This document shows positions 53,238 to 63,230 of a stretch of DNA of 64,000 bases, in pieces. Made by a program: the position numbers and the translations under genes. This DNA comes from Sulfolobales archaeon HS-7 (lineage in GTDB: Archaea; Thermoproteota; Thermoprotei_A; Sulfolobales; Sulfolobaceae). The stretch lies in contig AP024596.1 of NCBI GenBank assembly GCA_019704295.1, positions 224,001 to 288,000 on the forward strand. Reading direction: 5' to 3'. The notes under the pieces are model-generated. The model searched no databases, was not told the origin of the DNA, and saw only the letters and a program-made list of their open reading frames with translations. Every line of letters starts with the position of its first letter. The stretch's first letter is position 1.

Positions 53238-53716
53238 GAATGGACGAGCCTCTCTTTATCAACTATCTCGGGAAAAGGATTTTCGTTGTTCCAATAGCAG
53301 GTTCTCGCGAGAAGAGCATCTTTTACTATCCTAAGGGCGATGCGTTTATCTTACTTCAAGGAGGTACACTTTCTGTAAGAGAGGGGGAAATTATTGGAAA
53401 CGGTTCAGCTGTTCTAATAGCGGAGGAGGAAATGTCGCTACAGGAAGTATCAAAGAGGGCTGTGACTTGGAATGTGTTTGGTACGGAGGTGGAAGGGGAC
53501 AATCTGTTCATAGTAAATGAAGGAGTTTCCTACGAGGACATATGGGATAACGTATACCCTAATAGGGCTAAATCCTTTGTGATAAATGATGGAGATCCTA
53601 AGGAATACGGAGAGTGGTGTTGCGTAGTCGTAATAGGCAAAAAGGACAGGGAGGTTCCTGCGTCCTTCAAGAAGGTAAGGATAAACAGGGAGAAAACAGT
53701 GGAGGTATGTGAGTAA
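53234..53716 (+). CDS. Hypothetical protein
   Basis: GTGA-coupled to the Lrs14-like gene. Confidence 0.65.
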   Translation: MRMDEPLFINYLGKRIFVVPIAGSREKSIFYYPKGDAFILLQGGTLSVREGEIIGNGSAVLIAEEEMSLQEVSKRAVTWNVFGTEVEGDNLFIVNEGVSYEDIWDNVYPNRAKSFVINDGDPKEYGEWCCVVVIGKKDREVPASFKKVRINREKTVEVCE

Positions 53717-54003
53717 GGGATCTACGCCTTTTTAAAAGTTCTAAATGATTGGACTCTCAAAGGGTCATTGACATCGCGCTAAGTTGTTGTAGTGGTTATT
53801 GGAAAAATTATAATGAGATTTAGTGAGCATCATAAGGTAAAAAGCACGGTAATCGACATGGTGATCAGCAGAAGTCATCGCGCAAACTGAGGCGCTAACT
53901 TTATCCGAAATTTCTGAAAGTTGATTCGAGACTCTAACGAATTATTTAGTGTGCGTGATATTCTGAACTAACTCATCCAACAGGTGAGCCCTGCCTGATA
54001 TCA

Positions 54004-54819
54004 CTAAGTCTCATCCCTTAGTAACGTGCTCTCTATGTCCCTTCCTATTTTAGACGACCTCTCATTAGCTGATAGAATCGTCTTTATTATCCCAGCCTTT
54101 ATTCCCTCCTCCTCCATCGTCATTAATCCCCTAATTGTCGTACCTGAAGGGGTTGCTACCAAATCCCTCAACATGATAGGGTGACGTTCGTGAACCCTTA
54201 GGTTCTCCACCGTTCCCTGCACCATGTCGAGGATTGCATCATATGCCTGCTCCCTTTGCATTCCGCAGGCTACCGCCCCCAACGCCATTGCATCCAATAT
54301 CTCCGCAACAAAAGCGGGTCCGCTTCCTATGAGGGCTGTCCAAACGTCTAAAAGTTCCTCTGGAATCCAGTATACCGTTCCAAGGGTTTTAAATATCCTC
54401 TCAACTACCTGTTTTTCTCCGTGTTTACTCTCAGCGATTGCAGTGGTGGATTTCCCTATCTCTGCGTTAACGTTGGGCATCGCCCTGAAGACTATGGAGT
54501 TCGGTAGGAGCTTTGAGAGCGTCTCTGTTCTCACACCTGCTAATACCGATATCACTTTCCTCCCCGACCACCTTTCCCTGTTAACTTGTCTTACAACTTC
54601 GGGAAGGTGCTGAGGTTTTACGCTGAGGATAACTATTTCCGATTTGCTCACTGCATAGTCGTTATCTAGGGTTGTATATACTCCCAATTCCTTCGCTTTC
54701 CTCATCGTTTCCTCCTTACGCGACGTCGCGATGATCTCCTGTTCGGGAAAAGCCCTCTTTAATGACTTTATAATAGCCGTTCCTATTTTGCCACTACCTA
54801 TTACTGCGATTCTCTCCAT
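54004..54819 (-). CDS. proC: Pyrroline-5-carboxylate reductase
   Basis: IGSGKIG, LSVKPQ, RAMPN, GSGPAF, VATPSGTTI.GL. Confidence 0.93.
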   Translation of the reverse strand: MERIAVIGSGKIGTAIIKSLKRAFPEQEIIATSRKEETMRKAKELGVYTTLDNDYAVSKSEIVILSVKPQHLPEVVRQVNRERWSGRKVISVLAGVRTETLSKLLPNSIVFRAMPNVNAEIGKSTTAIAESKHGEKQVVERIFKTLGTVYWIPEELLDVWTALIGSGPAFVAEILDAMALGAVACGMQREQAYDAILDMVQGTVENLRVHERHPIMLRDLVATPSGTTIRGLMTMEEEGIKAGIIKTILSANERSSKIGRDIESTLLRDET

Positions 54820-55284
54820 TTTGTTAAACAGCTCGGAGTTAAATAAATATTATATCCTAATAAGGGGGTTAAGTAATAAATATTTCGGTTCAACTTCAAG
54901 CATAGTGCAAACATTACCGCTTGACAATGTCAAACGTGCAATAAATATTATTTACTTTAATAACTAACTTTTCAAACATAAGAATAACTAACCCTATAAC
55001 GCATAATTAGGAAGATGATACATGAGAATTACGAGAGATTAGACTCCTTTGATAACTTCTAGAGCTTAAAATATCCAGCTGTACCCACTCTAAACTCACC
55101 ACGCTAAAAACGTATTTTTAGCTTTGATATTTGGAAAAATACGTGATTGGTTGTAGCTATACTTAGTAAACTGATCTTGTATTGTCTCACCCTTCGTAAT
55201 CAAGAGATTTAATTTTACACAGACGTATTTTATTAACTTTTTTACTTTATCTAGTTATTTGTATTAATTACGCATTGGACACTG

Positions 55285-56139
55285 TTACGTGTACCCGAAT
55301 CCCAAAATACGTGGCGTTTTAGTTCTAGCATTCAGGTTTAGGATAACGCATCTACTTCCCTTCATAACAGGCCTATCTAACTCAATTTTCCCAGCGTTCA
55401 TAATACCCGTAACAGAGATCCCACCGCAAACCACGTGCACGTTTTGTACAGGGGTAGACCACTTAAAGGTGGAGACTTCCCTCACCTCTCTAGTGAGTAA
55501 GTTAGTATCTCTTAATAACAGGTAATCGTCCTTAATTTCGTCCACAGTAACGTTCCTTAATGCTAAACCTACCCTTATGCCCGGAGGTACGGAGTCTACA
55601 TCTTCGTCCAACACCTGAATGCTTTTAACATCAACCTGTTTCATTGAAGGGACGGATATAAACCGATCGTGAGTACGAATTTGGGTCCTTGAAAAACCTA
55701 AACCTACTGTACCTACCCCCCTAACGTTAAATACCCTATCGAGATAGACGTATCCTGCTTCGCCGACCTCTACGTCTACTTCCTTGAAATCTCCGAGGAA
55801 TTTAGATACCGATAGCTCCTTTATTACTTTACTAAAGTCGGGATTATCAGAAATTATTACTCCAGGTGTACCAGACGCTTCGGCCAACAGCGCAAGTTCC
55901 CCGTCAACCCAACTAAATTCCCTCCCTACCACAAGGTAAAAGGAGGAGGAGAGAGTAATCGCCTCTGCTACTTCCATCAACTTTTCGAGTCTAGGAACGA
56001 GGATAGACCTGAGATCTTCTCCTACTCTCTTGTAATATATAGCCATTCCCTCGGACTCCTTTCTCTTCCCCAATTTATCGGCTACCTTCAATGCCTCCTC
56101 AGGTTGCGAAGAGATAACTGCACTTATATAGCCCTTCAT
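55285..56139 (-). CDS. SelB-like/EF-Tu domain II protein with degenerate G domain
   Basis: YLDRVFNVRGVGTVGLG, VKSIQVLDEDV, RVGLALRN. No GxxxxGKT. Confidence 0.75.
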   Translation of the reverse strand: MKGYISAVISSQPEEALKVADKLGKRKESEGMAIYYKRVGEDLRSILVPRLEKLMEVAEAITLSSSFYLVVGREFSWVDGELALLAEASGTPGVIISDNPDFSKVIKELSVSKFLGDFKEVDVEVGEAGYVYLDRVFNVRGVGTVGLGFSRTQIRTHDRFISVPSMKQVDVKSIQVLDEDVDSVPPGIRVGLALRNVTVDEIKDDYLLLRDTNLLTREVREVSTFKWSTPVQNVHVVCGGISVTGIMNAGKIELDRPVMKGSRCVILNLNARTKTPRILGFGYT

Positions 56140-56861
56140 ATCGGGATAAAAGTACGAAGCGGATTTAACTTTTGCTCTTATTTAAGGAGGTCTGATCTGC
56201 ATTCTATGGGACTCAGAGTTCTTTTTGTGGATTGTAGTTAACGAATGTTGGAAAGTAAATTGCAAGGAGTAAAAAACCCCACTTTATCAGACACAGTAGT
56301 AACCTATAAAATTTATCATTTCCTTTAAATAAACTGAATTAGCTAAGTATAGATGTATGACCCATATACGCAATTCATCATATTTAAGTTAATTCAATAA
56401 TTTGACTTCAAAACGTAGTTTGAATTAATACGCAATTTAGTAGCTTTACGGTCCCTAGAAAAAGGTATTGAACAGTATCGAGGGAACTCCCTGTCCAGGT
56501 GTTGTCACAAGCCTAGTACACTGAAGCTATTTATATTGATGACACTTCACAGTTTTCTACCCCTTCCGATCAGCCTTTTTGAATCCATAGGTCTTGCGAT
56601 GAGTACTCCCCCGTTGAGGGGAAACGATCTCCTCATGGGTCCTCCGTGATAGCTGTAAGAGACCGAGTTGCAACTTAAAGAAATATTCTACCTAATTCAT
56701 CGAAGTTCTCCCTATAGAACAAAAGCTTGGGAGCTACATTTGAGTTAGATAAAAGTTCGTTGTTAAGGCCGTTAAGAAACTTCCGCATCCGTATCCTAGA
56801 TCCAACTAGCATTAGGGGGGAACTAACATCACAATGCGAGAGGTTTATCTCCAACACCTTG

Positions 56862-57236
56862 CTACGTGCCCGATTTAGACCTATCTATGATTTGAATCAG
56901 CTCATCCTTTGTAATTAGTCCCTTATAGTACATGCTTATTGCATCCGCAATCTCCCGAGGTAAGTATAGGTCACGCGAGTAATACCCTTTCATCCCTCGC
57001 TTAGAGGCGAAATATATTGGAACGAAGAATCCCCAACCTAAGACTAGGATTCCCCCGACTATGTAACCGTAAATGTCTGAAAGCGTCGTAACGCCAGTAA
57101 ATATTAGTTTCCCTTCAACAGCAGAGAAGTAGAGGTCGAGTACCAACATTACTGCCAATATAGCGATCACTATAATAACGAGTAGAAGAATTCCTCTAAT
57201 TAATGGATCCTTAGTGATCTCTGACATTATAAACAA
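56862..57236 (-). CDS. Two-TM membrane protein with SHOCT-like C-terminus
   Basis: Two hydrophobic helices, then YYKGLITKDEL. Confidence 0.65.
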   Translation of the reverse strand: MFIMSEITKDPLIRGILLLVIIVIAILAVMLVLDLYFSAVEGKLIFTGVTTLSDIYGYIVGGILVLGWGFFVPIYFASKRGMKGYYSRDLYLPREIADAISMYYKGLITKDELIQIIDRSKSGT

Positions 57237-57931
57237 TTTCTTACTATGTCCCGAGGATATATAAGGCTTATAGGAAGTTCTAGATCCTGAACCGCGTTAA
57301 AATTTGAGTTGTTAGTGATTCTACGAATTTGACTAAGGTGAGTAATTCTTTGAGGGATTTGATACCTAGGAACTGCAGTTTATGATGACGTGTTTACCCG
57401 TGGGTTAACTTATCCTTACTTTCATTCGTCAAGGGCTCTCCTCTTAAGGGAACAGACAGTCACGCTTAACTCATTAGAGCTAATCGAGGGAAACACCACC
57501 CCCTCCCATCCGTACTTATTACCTTCAAGACCTCGCGAGCAGAGCCCATCGTCAATAGGGATTTCGCCATTATATGCTATTGAGGTAATACCACGTAAAC
57601 ACCTTAATGAAGGTCGTGCTGAGAAATGATGCAGAAGTTGAAAGTTGCGCGGACGTGTCACAGTGTTTAAAAATAAGCAAGCCCAGGACAGCAATAATTA
57701 AGGGGAGTAAGTCCTTCACAACTTTGAGTTTAGTAGCTGTATATCGTCGTCAGTTACAAACTGAAGAGGGGTCATATAAACGCTCAAGCTGTTGTCTATA
57801 CGGTACGCCTCAATCAGCAGTACTTAATGGGCAGCTTGAAGTCACTTTAACGGATATCCCCTGTGGAACCCTTATAAAAGGCTCCGTCAAACTCAGAAAG
57901 GGTTTAAGTTTATGACGGGAACGATCTCCCA

Positions 57932-58987
57932 ATGCAAATAAGCATGATAACTCCCCTTTTCCTCCCCGTGAGGGGAGGTACTGAGGTCCACGTTTACAAT
58001 CTATCGAAGCAACTAGTTAAAAATGGGGACGTGGTCTCTGTTCATACTACGAGGAACATCTACACTGAGAGGTGGGTCCTTCCGAGACAAGAGGTAATAG
58101 ACGGCATTTATGTAGTTAGGCATACTTTCTACTGGAATTCTGATGACGAAATACTCCATTTGCACAACCTCGGGAGGATGTTCAGTGCGTGGAATCTAAA
58201 AACCATCATCTACCTCCTTTCCCATAAGGAGAGAGTAATCTTTACCCCCCACCATATACTAACTATTGATAGAGGCAAGTTGGCTACTAAACTACTGAGA
58301 GGAGGTATGAGGGGAGTCTTCAAGATCATAGCTGTTAGCGAATGGGAAAAAAAGGAAATGATCAGAAGAGGTTTCCCTGAAGGCAAAATCACGGTTATAC
58401 CTAACGGTGTAGAGGATGAGGCTTATGAGCTACCCCCGCAGAGGATGAATAGCCAAAGACCTTACCTCCTTTTCCTAGGGAGAATTTACAGTGCTAAAAA
58501 TCAGGTAATGGCTGTGAGATCCCTGACGTATGCGAGGGACGTAGACCTGGTCATAGCGGGTCAAGTACATGAGATGTCGTACTTAGAGGAGATAAGGAGA
58601 ACGGCAAAGGAGATCGGGGTGGAGGACAGGGTGAAAATCATGGAGAACGTCGACCAGGTTACTAAGTACAAGTTGATCGATTCCTCCCTTGCCGTGGTTC
58701 TGACATCGGAAATCGAGGCGGAGGGATTGGCGATAAAGGAGGCGATGGTGAGGGGAAAACCGGTAATTGTGAGTAATAAAGCGGCGTTACCATATCTAGT
58801 AAGCAGAGAGAATGGTTTCGTCATAACTGACGAAAGCGAGTTAGCTGAGGCAGTAAGCAAATTATTGCATGACGACAATTTAGTAGCGGAAATTTCCGTA
58901 AATAATAGAAAACGGGGAGAAGAGTGGAAATGGTCAGCTGTCGCGTCCAGGGTTAGGGAGGTTTACTTAGAGTTTCTTAACAAGTAG
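57932..58987 (+). CDS. Glycosyltransferase family 4
   Basis: GGTEVHV, IPNGV, FLGRI...KN, EAEGLAIKEAM..GKPVI. Confidence 0.92.
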   Translation: MQISMITPLFLPVRGGTEVHVYNLSKQLVKNGDVVSVHTTRNIYTERWVLPRQEVIDGIYVVRHTFYWNSDDEILHLHNLGRMFSAWNLKTIIYLLSHKERVIFTPHHILTIDRGKLATKLLRGGMRGVFKIIAVSEWEKKEMIRRGFPEGKITVIPNGVEDEAYELPPQRMNSQRPYLLFLGRIYSAKNQVMAVRSLTYARDVDLVIAGQVHEMSYLEEIRRTAKEIGVEDRVKIMENVDQVTKYKLIDSSLAVVLTSEIEAEGLAIKEAMVRGKPVIVSNKAALPYLVSRENGFVITDESELAEAVSKLLHDDNLVAEISVNNRKRGEEWKWSAVASRVREVYLEFLNK

Positions 58988-59409
58988 AGAGTTTATGAAG
59001 GTTACGAATTAGGCTTTTGACTTAGTGTAACCCGACTTCTTTCGATAAAGGGTATAGAGATGAGGCTCCTGATGATCATCCTCAAATACAAACAGGATCC
59101 TGGGTCAAGGGGATTTTCCCATTTTCCACAAAGTAGTTGAAGGGGTCATAAGGTACGACGTTATTAACGCCGATCATGGTAAATTCGCAAGTCCTTACTC
59201 CGTAGGTGCAGGTTTAATACGTCCTTAAGACGAAATCCACAATTTGATTAAACCTTTATTTCGTTTTCTTCTACGTAATACTACAGTATTCCTAGAACTG
59301 AGTAACCAACGTTATAGTTACCAATTTCCAATTCCTCATAAGTGATGCGAATCTACAACGCGTCCCTAAATGGGTATTTGTATTATCCCTTTTTCTCAGA
59401 ACAAAAGGA

Positions 59410-60141
59410 TCATTGCTGTGGAGCGAGAAGGTACTTTACCTTTCCTCCCTCAGCCTCGAAATCCAACATGAGTGGTTTCTGAGAGGAGAAATTAACGTCA
59501 ACGTATTCCGAAATTCTCGACATGTTCAAAACGTCGTTGAGGTAATCAGCACTGTATTTCGATACCACCTCTTTACTGACCTCATACAGTTTAACTGCCT
59601 CTGCCTCTTTAGGAATTTCAACTACTACCTCGCTTTCCCCAGTACCCATTAACTTGAATTCGCTCTCGTCCGCATAAAAGGTGACTCCCGGAGAGATTGA
59701 GGAGACCCTTTCAACGCCTTTCTTAAGTTCCTCCGAATTAAGTGAAATTTTTGCGTCGAATTCGAGTCTTATCTCAGGGATGTCTGGAACAGTGACTTCA
59801 AGGTTTTTTATGACGTATTTCCTGTTAATCATCCCTATGACGTCGATCCTCACGTCTCCGAATTCTGCTGACGCAATTGCTACCTTATCTCCTTTAGATA
59901 TGCCTCGAAGTAATCTGTTTACGTAGTGTGTGTTAAATCCGAAGGTGAAGGGTTCCTCAACCTCATAAGTTGTAAATACCTCTCGTGGTATCTCCACAGT
60001 CAAAAGGGCTATATGAGCAGGATCCATGGCCTTTATCAGAATGCCCTTCTCATTAATACCAATTGCAGCCTCGTCTACCAACCGCGAAAGGGAATCTAAA
60101 ATAGATTTAAGGACAAGTCCGTTGTCGAATATTACTTTCAT
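59410..60141 (-). CDS. pcn: DNA polymerase sliding clamp (PCNA, PCNA3-like)
   Basis: LSRLVDEA, AMDPAHIAL, FGFNT, YSADYL, KPL.L, VKYLLAP. Likely start at 60141. Confidence 0.9.
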   Translation of the reverse strand: MKVIFDNGLVLKSILDSLSRLVDEAAIGINEKGILIKAMDPAHIALLTVEIPREVFTTYEVEEPFTFGFNTHYVNRLLRGISKGDKVAIASAEFGDVRIDVIGMINRKYVIKNLEVTVPDIPEIRLEFDAKISLNSEELKKGVERVSSISPGVTFYADESEFKLMGTGESEVVVEIPKEAEAVKLYEVSKEVVSKYSADYLNDVLNMSRISEYVDVNFSSQKPLMLDFEAEGGKVKYLLAPQQ

Positions 60142-60267
60142 CACAACTTCTTTCAGGAAGGGGGAATTAAAACTTGTTATTACAATAGAACGGCGGTTCA
60201 CGTCTCCTTAAGAATTTAACTTATTCAGGAACAAGGGTAATTCAATACCTTGTCGTGAATGAGTAAA

Positions 60268-60335
60268 ATTTCGCTCTTAATAGTCTCCTTTATTTAATCT
60301 ATCTTAGCTAAAATTACAATTCTCAATTGACCCCC
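60268..60335. repeat. Partial copy of the MITE family
   Basis: cctttatttaatctatcttagctaaaattacaattctcaat resembles 47178-47218. Confidence 0.55.
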
Positions 60336-60507
60336 CAACCGCTCATCAGACTTCACACTGATACATAGAACGTAAGCGAACTAATTCTAAAGATGTACTC
60401 TAAGTTAACCTAGCCGTTGAGGGTCCAAACAGAGTGCTGATAACCATTACCCCTCTACGTGAATTCCATTAAACCTTTGTAGTTACCGTTACTGTTCCTC
60501 TATAGAA

Positions 60508-61275
60508 TCAGCTCTTTTCCTCTTTTGAGGGAATTTTCTTATTCTTTAGCCTATTCAAAAGTTCGCTTACCTTATCCACGTCATTCGTATAAAGCCTCAA
60601 CTTGTAAGGTATTCCCTTTTTCGCATCGGGCTTTATTTCCACGAACTTCTTTTCCCTATTTACGTTTATCTCAGCGTCCTGCAAGTGAATTATGTGTAGC
60701 GTTGTACCGCTCCTGTCTGTTGCGACAACACCACTGTCAGTTATTTTGTAGCTCCTCGGCGCCATTGCCATAGAGCTTCCCACAGCGCTTGTCATACCAG
60801 TAGTCCTGTAGAGGAGGAATGATATGCCGTAGAAGACCTCGTAAAATACCAGGAAAATTACGAACCTGTACAGGGGAGTTCCCTGCCCGTTTATAACCTT
60901 GGAGAGGACCTCTGAGTAGAGTATGTATATGGCTATGATGAATATGAAGTAAATGAATAAATTCTTCATCATTTTACCCGCCTGCCTCATCGTCTCCTCC
61001 AGAAATTCCTTATCAGAATTTATCAGATTTTCCACGCTCTTTTCCTCATAGAGTGTACGAGCCTTAACTGCTTCACTCATGTACTTTCTGTCCCTCAGCA
61101 TTGGGTTATTCCTGTAGAACATGACGGAGGTTATCCCGATGATCACGATGAAGTAGAGTATGTAAAATTCAAAGAAATACTTAGGTTCAAAACTGTTGAC
61201 CAGTGAGAAGGCAATTAGTAACCCTTGGGAAAGCGCGATGTACTTTGGGTTATAAGGACTCATAGTCATCGACAT
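60508..61275 (-). CDS. DUF2208-family membrane protein
   Basis: Crenarchaeal pattern PYNPK...SQ...LYEEK...DKE...Y.I...G...FVEI...LY. Confidence 0.75.
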   Translation of the reverse strand: MSMTMSPYNPKYIALSQGLLIAFSLVNSFEPKYFFEFYILYFIVIIGITSVMFYRNNPMLRDRKYMSEAVKARTLYEEKSVENLINSDKEFLEETMRQAGKMMKNLFIYFIFIIAIYILYSEVLSKVINGQGTPLYRFVIFLVFYEVFYGISFLLYRTTGMTSAVGSSMAMAPRSYKITDSGVVATDRSGTTLHIIHLQDAEINVNREKKFVEIKPDAKKGIPYKLRLYTNDVDKVSELLNRLKNKKIPSKEEKS

Positions 61276-61399
61276 CTATAACACACATCATATAGTACGA
61301 ATCCGATATTTTAAATCTGTATGCATTTAACTTAACTCTCCTGGATTATCATCTAAGGAAGTTGAAAAGTTAAGGAGAGTATCAATCTATTATGAACTA

Positions 61400-61624
61400 A
61401 GGGTTATCAGGTCTCAACAGTGAGTTGTAATTAAGCCTAACAGAATAGATTTAATGGAGGAGACTGAGCGATTCCGGGTTTCTTTGCGAATTAAATTATG
61501 AGAAATACGATAAAATCCGGTAAATTGCTAGTTTGAATCCCCATTAGTCGTTGAGGTTATATTGAATTAAATTTATTATAGTTACTAAAATAAAATGAAT
61601 TCTCAAAGGAGAGGTAAACTACCC
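61400..61624. mobile_element. MITE copy 4 (about 61466-61624) preceded by a partial copy
   Basis: gtaaattgctagtttgaatccc...attgaattaaattt...gaattctcaaaggagaggtaaactaccc aligns with 23455-23558. Confidence 0.65.
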
Positions 61625-61627
61625 TGC

Positions 61628-62068
61628 TCAATAGTCCGTGCCCTTAATTTTGCTTTCGAGATTAAATGGGGAGTTTATTATGCTATCACACTTCTTTCTT
61701 AAAGTCGACCTGTCAGAAAGAGGAAAAGGATAAAAAGTTACAATCACCGGGTAATCTACATTTTCTGCAATGACATTAAGTACAAATTTTTCGTCCAACT
61801 TAAAACAGTAAGAATATCTTACTTTCTTATTGTCGCACGAAGTTTCACATTTATTCGAAATGTAACTGTCTGTATTTTCATCATAACATTGTAAGCAGGA
61901 ATGTTTCACTTTCTTATTGCATATATAATTTAGATAATCACATATTTGCTCTGTGTATTTGTATAAATCCTGAAATCTTTGCTCCAAAAATTCTCTCTTT
62001 TTTTCGCTCTTAACTAATACACAATCTATTCTACATTCGTCAATTGAATCCATGTTAAGTTCACACAA
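61628..62068 (-). CDS. Cys-rich protein, possible RelE/DUF4258-like toxin
   Basis: 11 Cys, a C-terminal beta pattern RYSYCF...VLNVIAE...PVIVTFYP, and AT-rich DNA. Confidence 0.5.
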   Translation of the reverse strand: MCELNMDSIDECRIDCVLVKSEKKREFLEQRFQDLYKYTEQICDYLNYICNKKVKHSCLQCYDENTDSYISNKCETSCDNKKVRYSYCFKLDEKFVLNVIAENVDYPVIVTFYPFPLSDRSTLRKKCDSIINSPFNLESKIKGTDY

Positions 62069-62439
62069 GGATTGCCAAAATTATCCCTTAAGTCGGGATA
62101 AACATTCACGTTCATTAGCTTAGCCTTGATCACTACTTTTTTCTCATTTACCCTGATCTCAGTTACGCCTTCATTTACTATCCTCAATTCCGGTACAACT
62201 GGGGTATGAGTACGCATCTTTAGCGGATTACATAATTCACCCATTTTAGGTTTACTGCTAAAAATTGAGAGTGAGGAACTGCTCACCACTGAAACCGATC
62301 TATCGTCCTCAGTAGCTACTGCGTAAGGAATTAGATACATCATTACGGTGACATTTTCATCCTTTATGCTAAATTTTAATGTCAAAGGCTTTAAGCTCAC
62401 GAGCTCATACTCTTGGAGTTGGACTTTTTCACTCGTCAT
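62026..62439 (-). CDS. Hypothetical beta-rich protein
   Basis: Overlaps both neighbours. C-terminal D..GNP.V motif. Confidence 0.7.
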   Translation of the reverse strand: MTSEKVQLQEYELVSLKPLTLKFSIKDENVTVMMYLIPYAVATEDDRSVSVVSSSSLSIFSSKPKMGELCNPLKMRTHTPVVPELRIVNEGVTEIRVNEKKVVIKAKLMNVNVYPDLRDNFGNPCVNLTWIQLTNVE

Positions 62440-62647
62440 ACTCTACCTCTAAGGTCGTAATATTCCCCTGATAATTTCTGTATACGATAATCCTACCCTC
62501 GTGATACTCGACGTTACTCCATCCCTCACTAAACTTAATTACAATTCCTGCTTCATTATCTAAAACTACAGGGTATACTGGTTCCATAATCGTATTGGAA
62601 ACTTGATTATTGAAGTTAACAGCGTTGTAAGCAGTTTGAATGTACAC
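62429..62647 (-). CDS. DUF2283-like small protein (putative antitoxin)
   Basis: LDNEAGIVIKFSEG...EGRIIVYRNYQGNITTLEV resembles DUF2283 YD.EAD..YI...GII.D.D..G.I.GIEI. Confidence 0.55.
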   Translation of the reverse strand: MYIQTAYNAVNFNNQVSNTIMEPVYPVVLDNEAGIVIKFSEGWSNVEYHEGRIIVYRNYQGNITTLEVEYDE

Positions 62648-62694
62648 GTACTGTATATACGAGAAGCTAATTAAAATATTTTAGGGATAAGATC

Positions 62695-63230
62695 AGCAGT
62701 TTACTCACCCTTGTGTTCACTTTTCAATTAGTTTGAAACTAATCAATTGATTATGGATTTGCTAATATAGATAGAAAGCAGGAAATAATCCTAGGAAGGA
62801 TTAAACACAACGACCTTTACTGAATGTAGTATTACGCTCCCGGCTCTACCTTTGGAGGAACGTTTTAACGAATTTGTCGTATAAGGAGAAAGGTCCTTAA
62901 GGAGGTCCGAGTTAGGGAACGAGATTAAGAGGAAAGGGTACTTGAGATACAGTTCCCGGGGAAAACACGTAGCGTTAGGGATGACAACGCCGATCCCCTA
63001 CATGGTCTGAAGAGGTTAAAGTCGCCCAAAGGTAAGGACGTCAAGTACTGCGACATTTATGTAGGTATGGTTCCGGATTCACTGTTCCCATAGCTGTGTT
63101 ATGGGTGAAACAGGTAGGGTCTTAGGTAATTTGAGATCGTGATGAAGGGCGGGAGGATGATCTTCAGGCCTTTCTACATGGCCGTGAGGTCACCTGCCTC
63201 GTTTAAGAGGGTAAGAGATCCGAGGCGCGC
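62695..63230 (+). mobile_element. IS256-family left end and transposase N-terminal remnant
   Basis: ttgtgttcactt...attagtttgaaactaat matches the 36300-36375 end. M*YY...RKVLKEV...KRKGYLRY / EIVMKGG...FYMAVRSP aligns with the other remnants. Confidence 0.65.
62953..63123 (+). repeat. ~175-bp dispersed element, copy E, nested in IS256 remnant
   Basis: ggggaaaacacgtagcgttagggatgac...ttcccatagctgtgtta interrupts the transposase after KRKGYLRY. Confidence 0.7.

Noticed and set aside
57390-57915. Overlapping 79-102-aa ORFs
   Set aside because: No recognisable motifs or expression signals. Probably decayed sequence.
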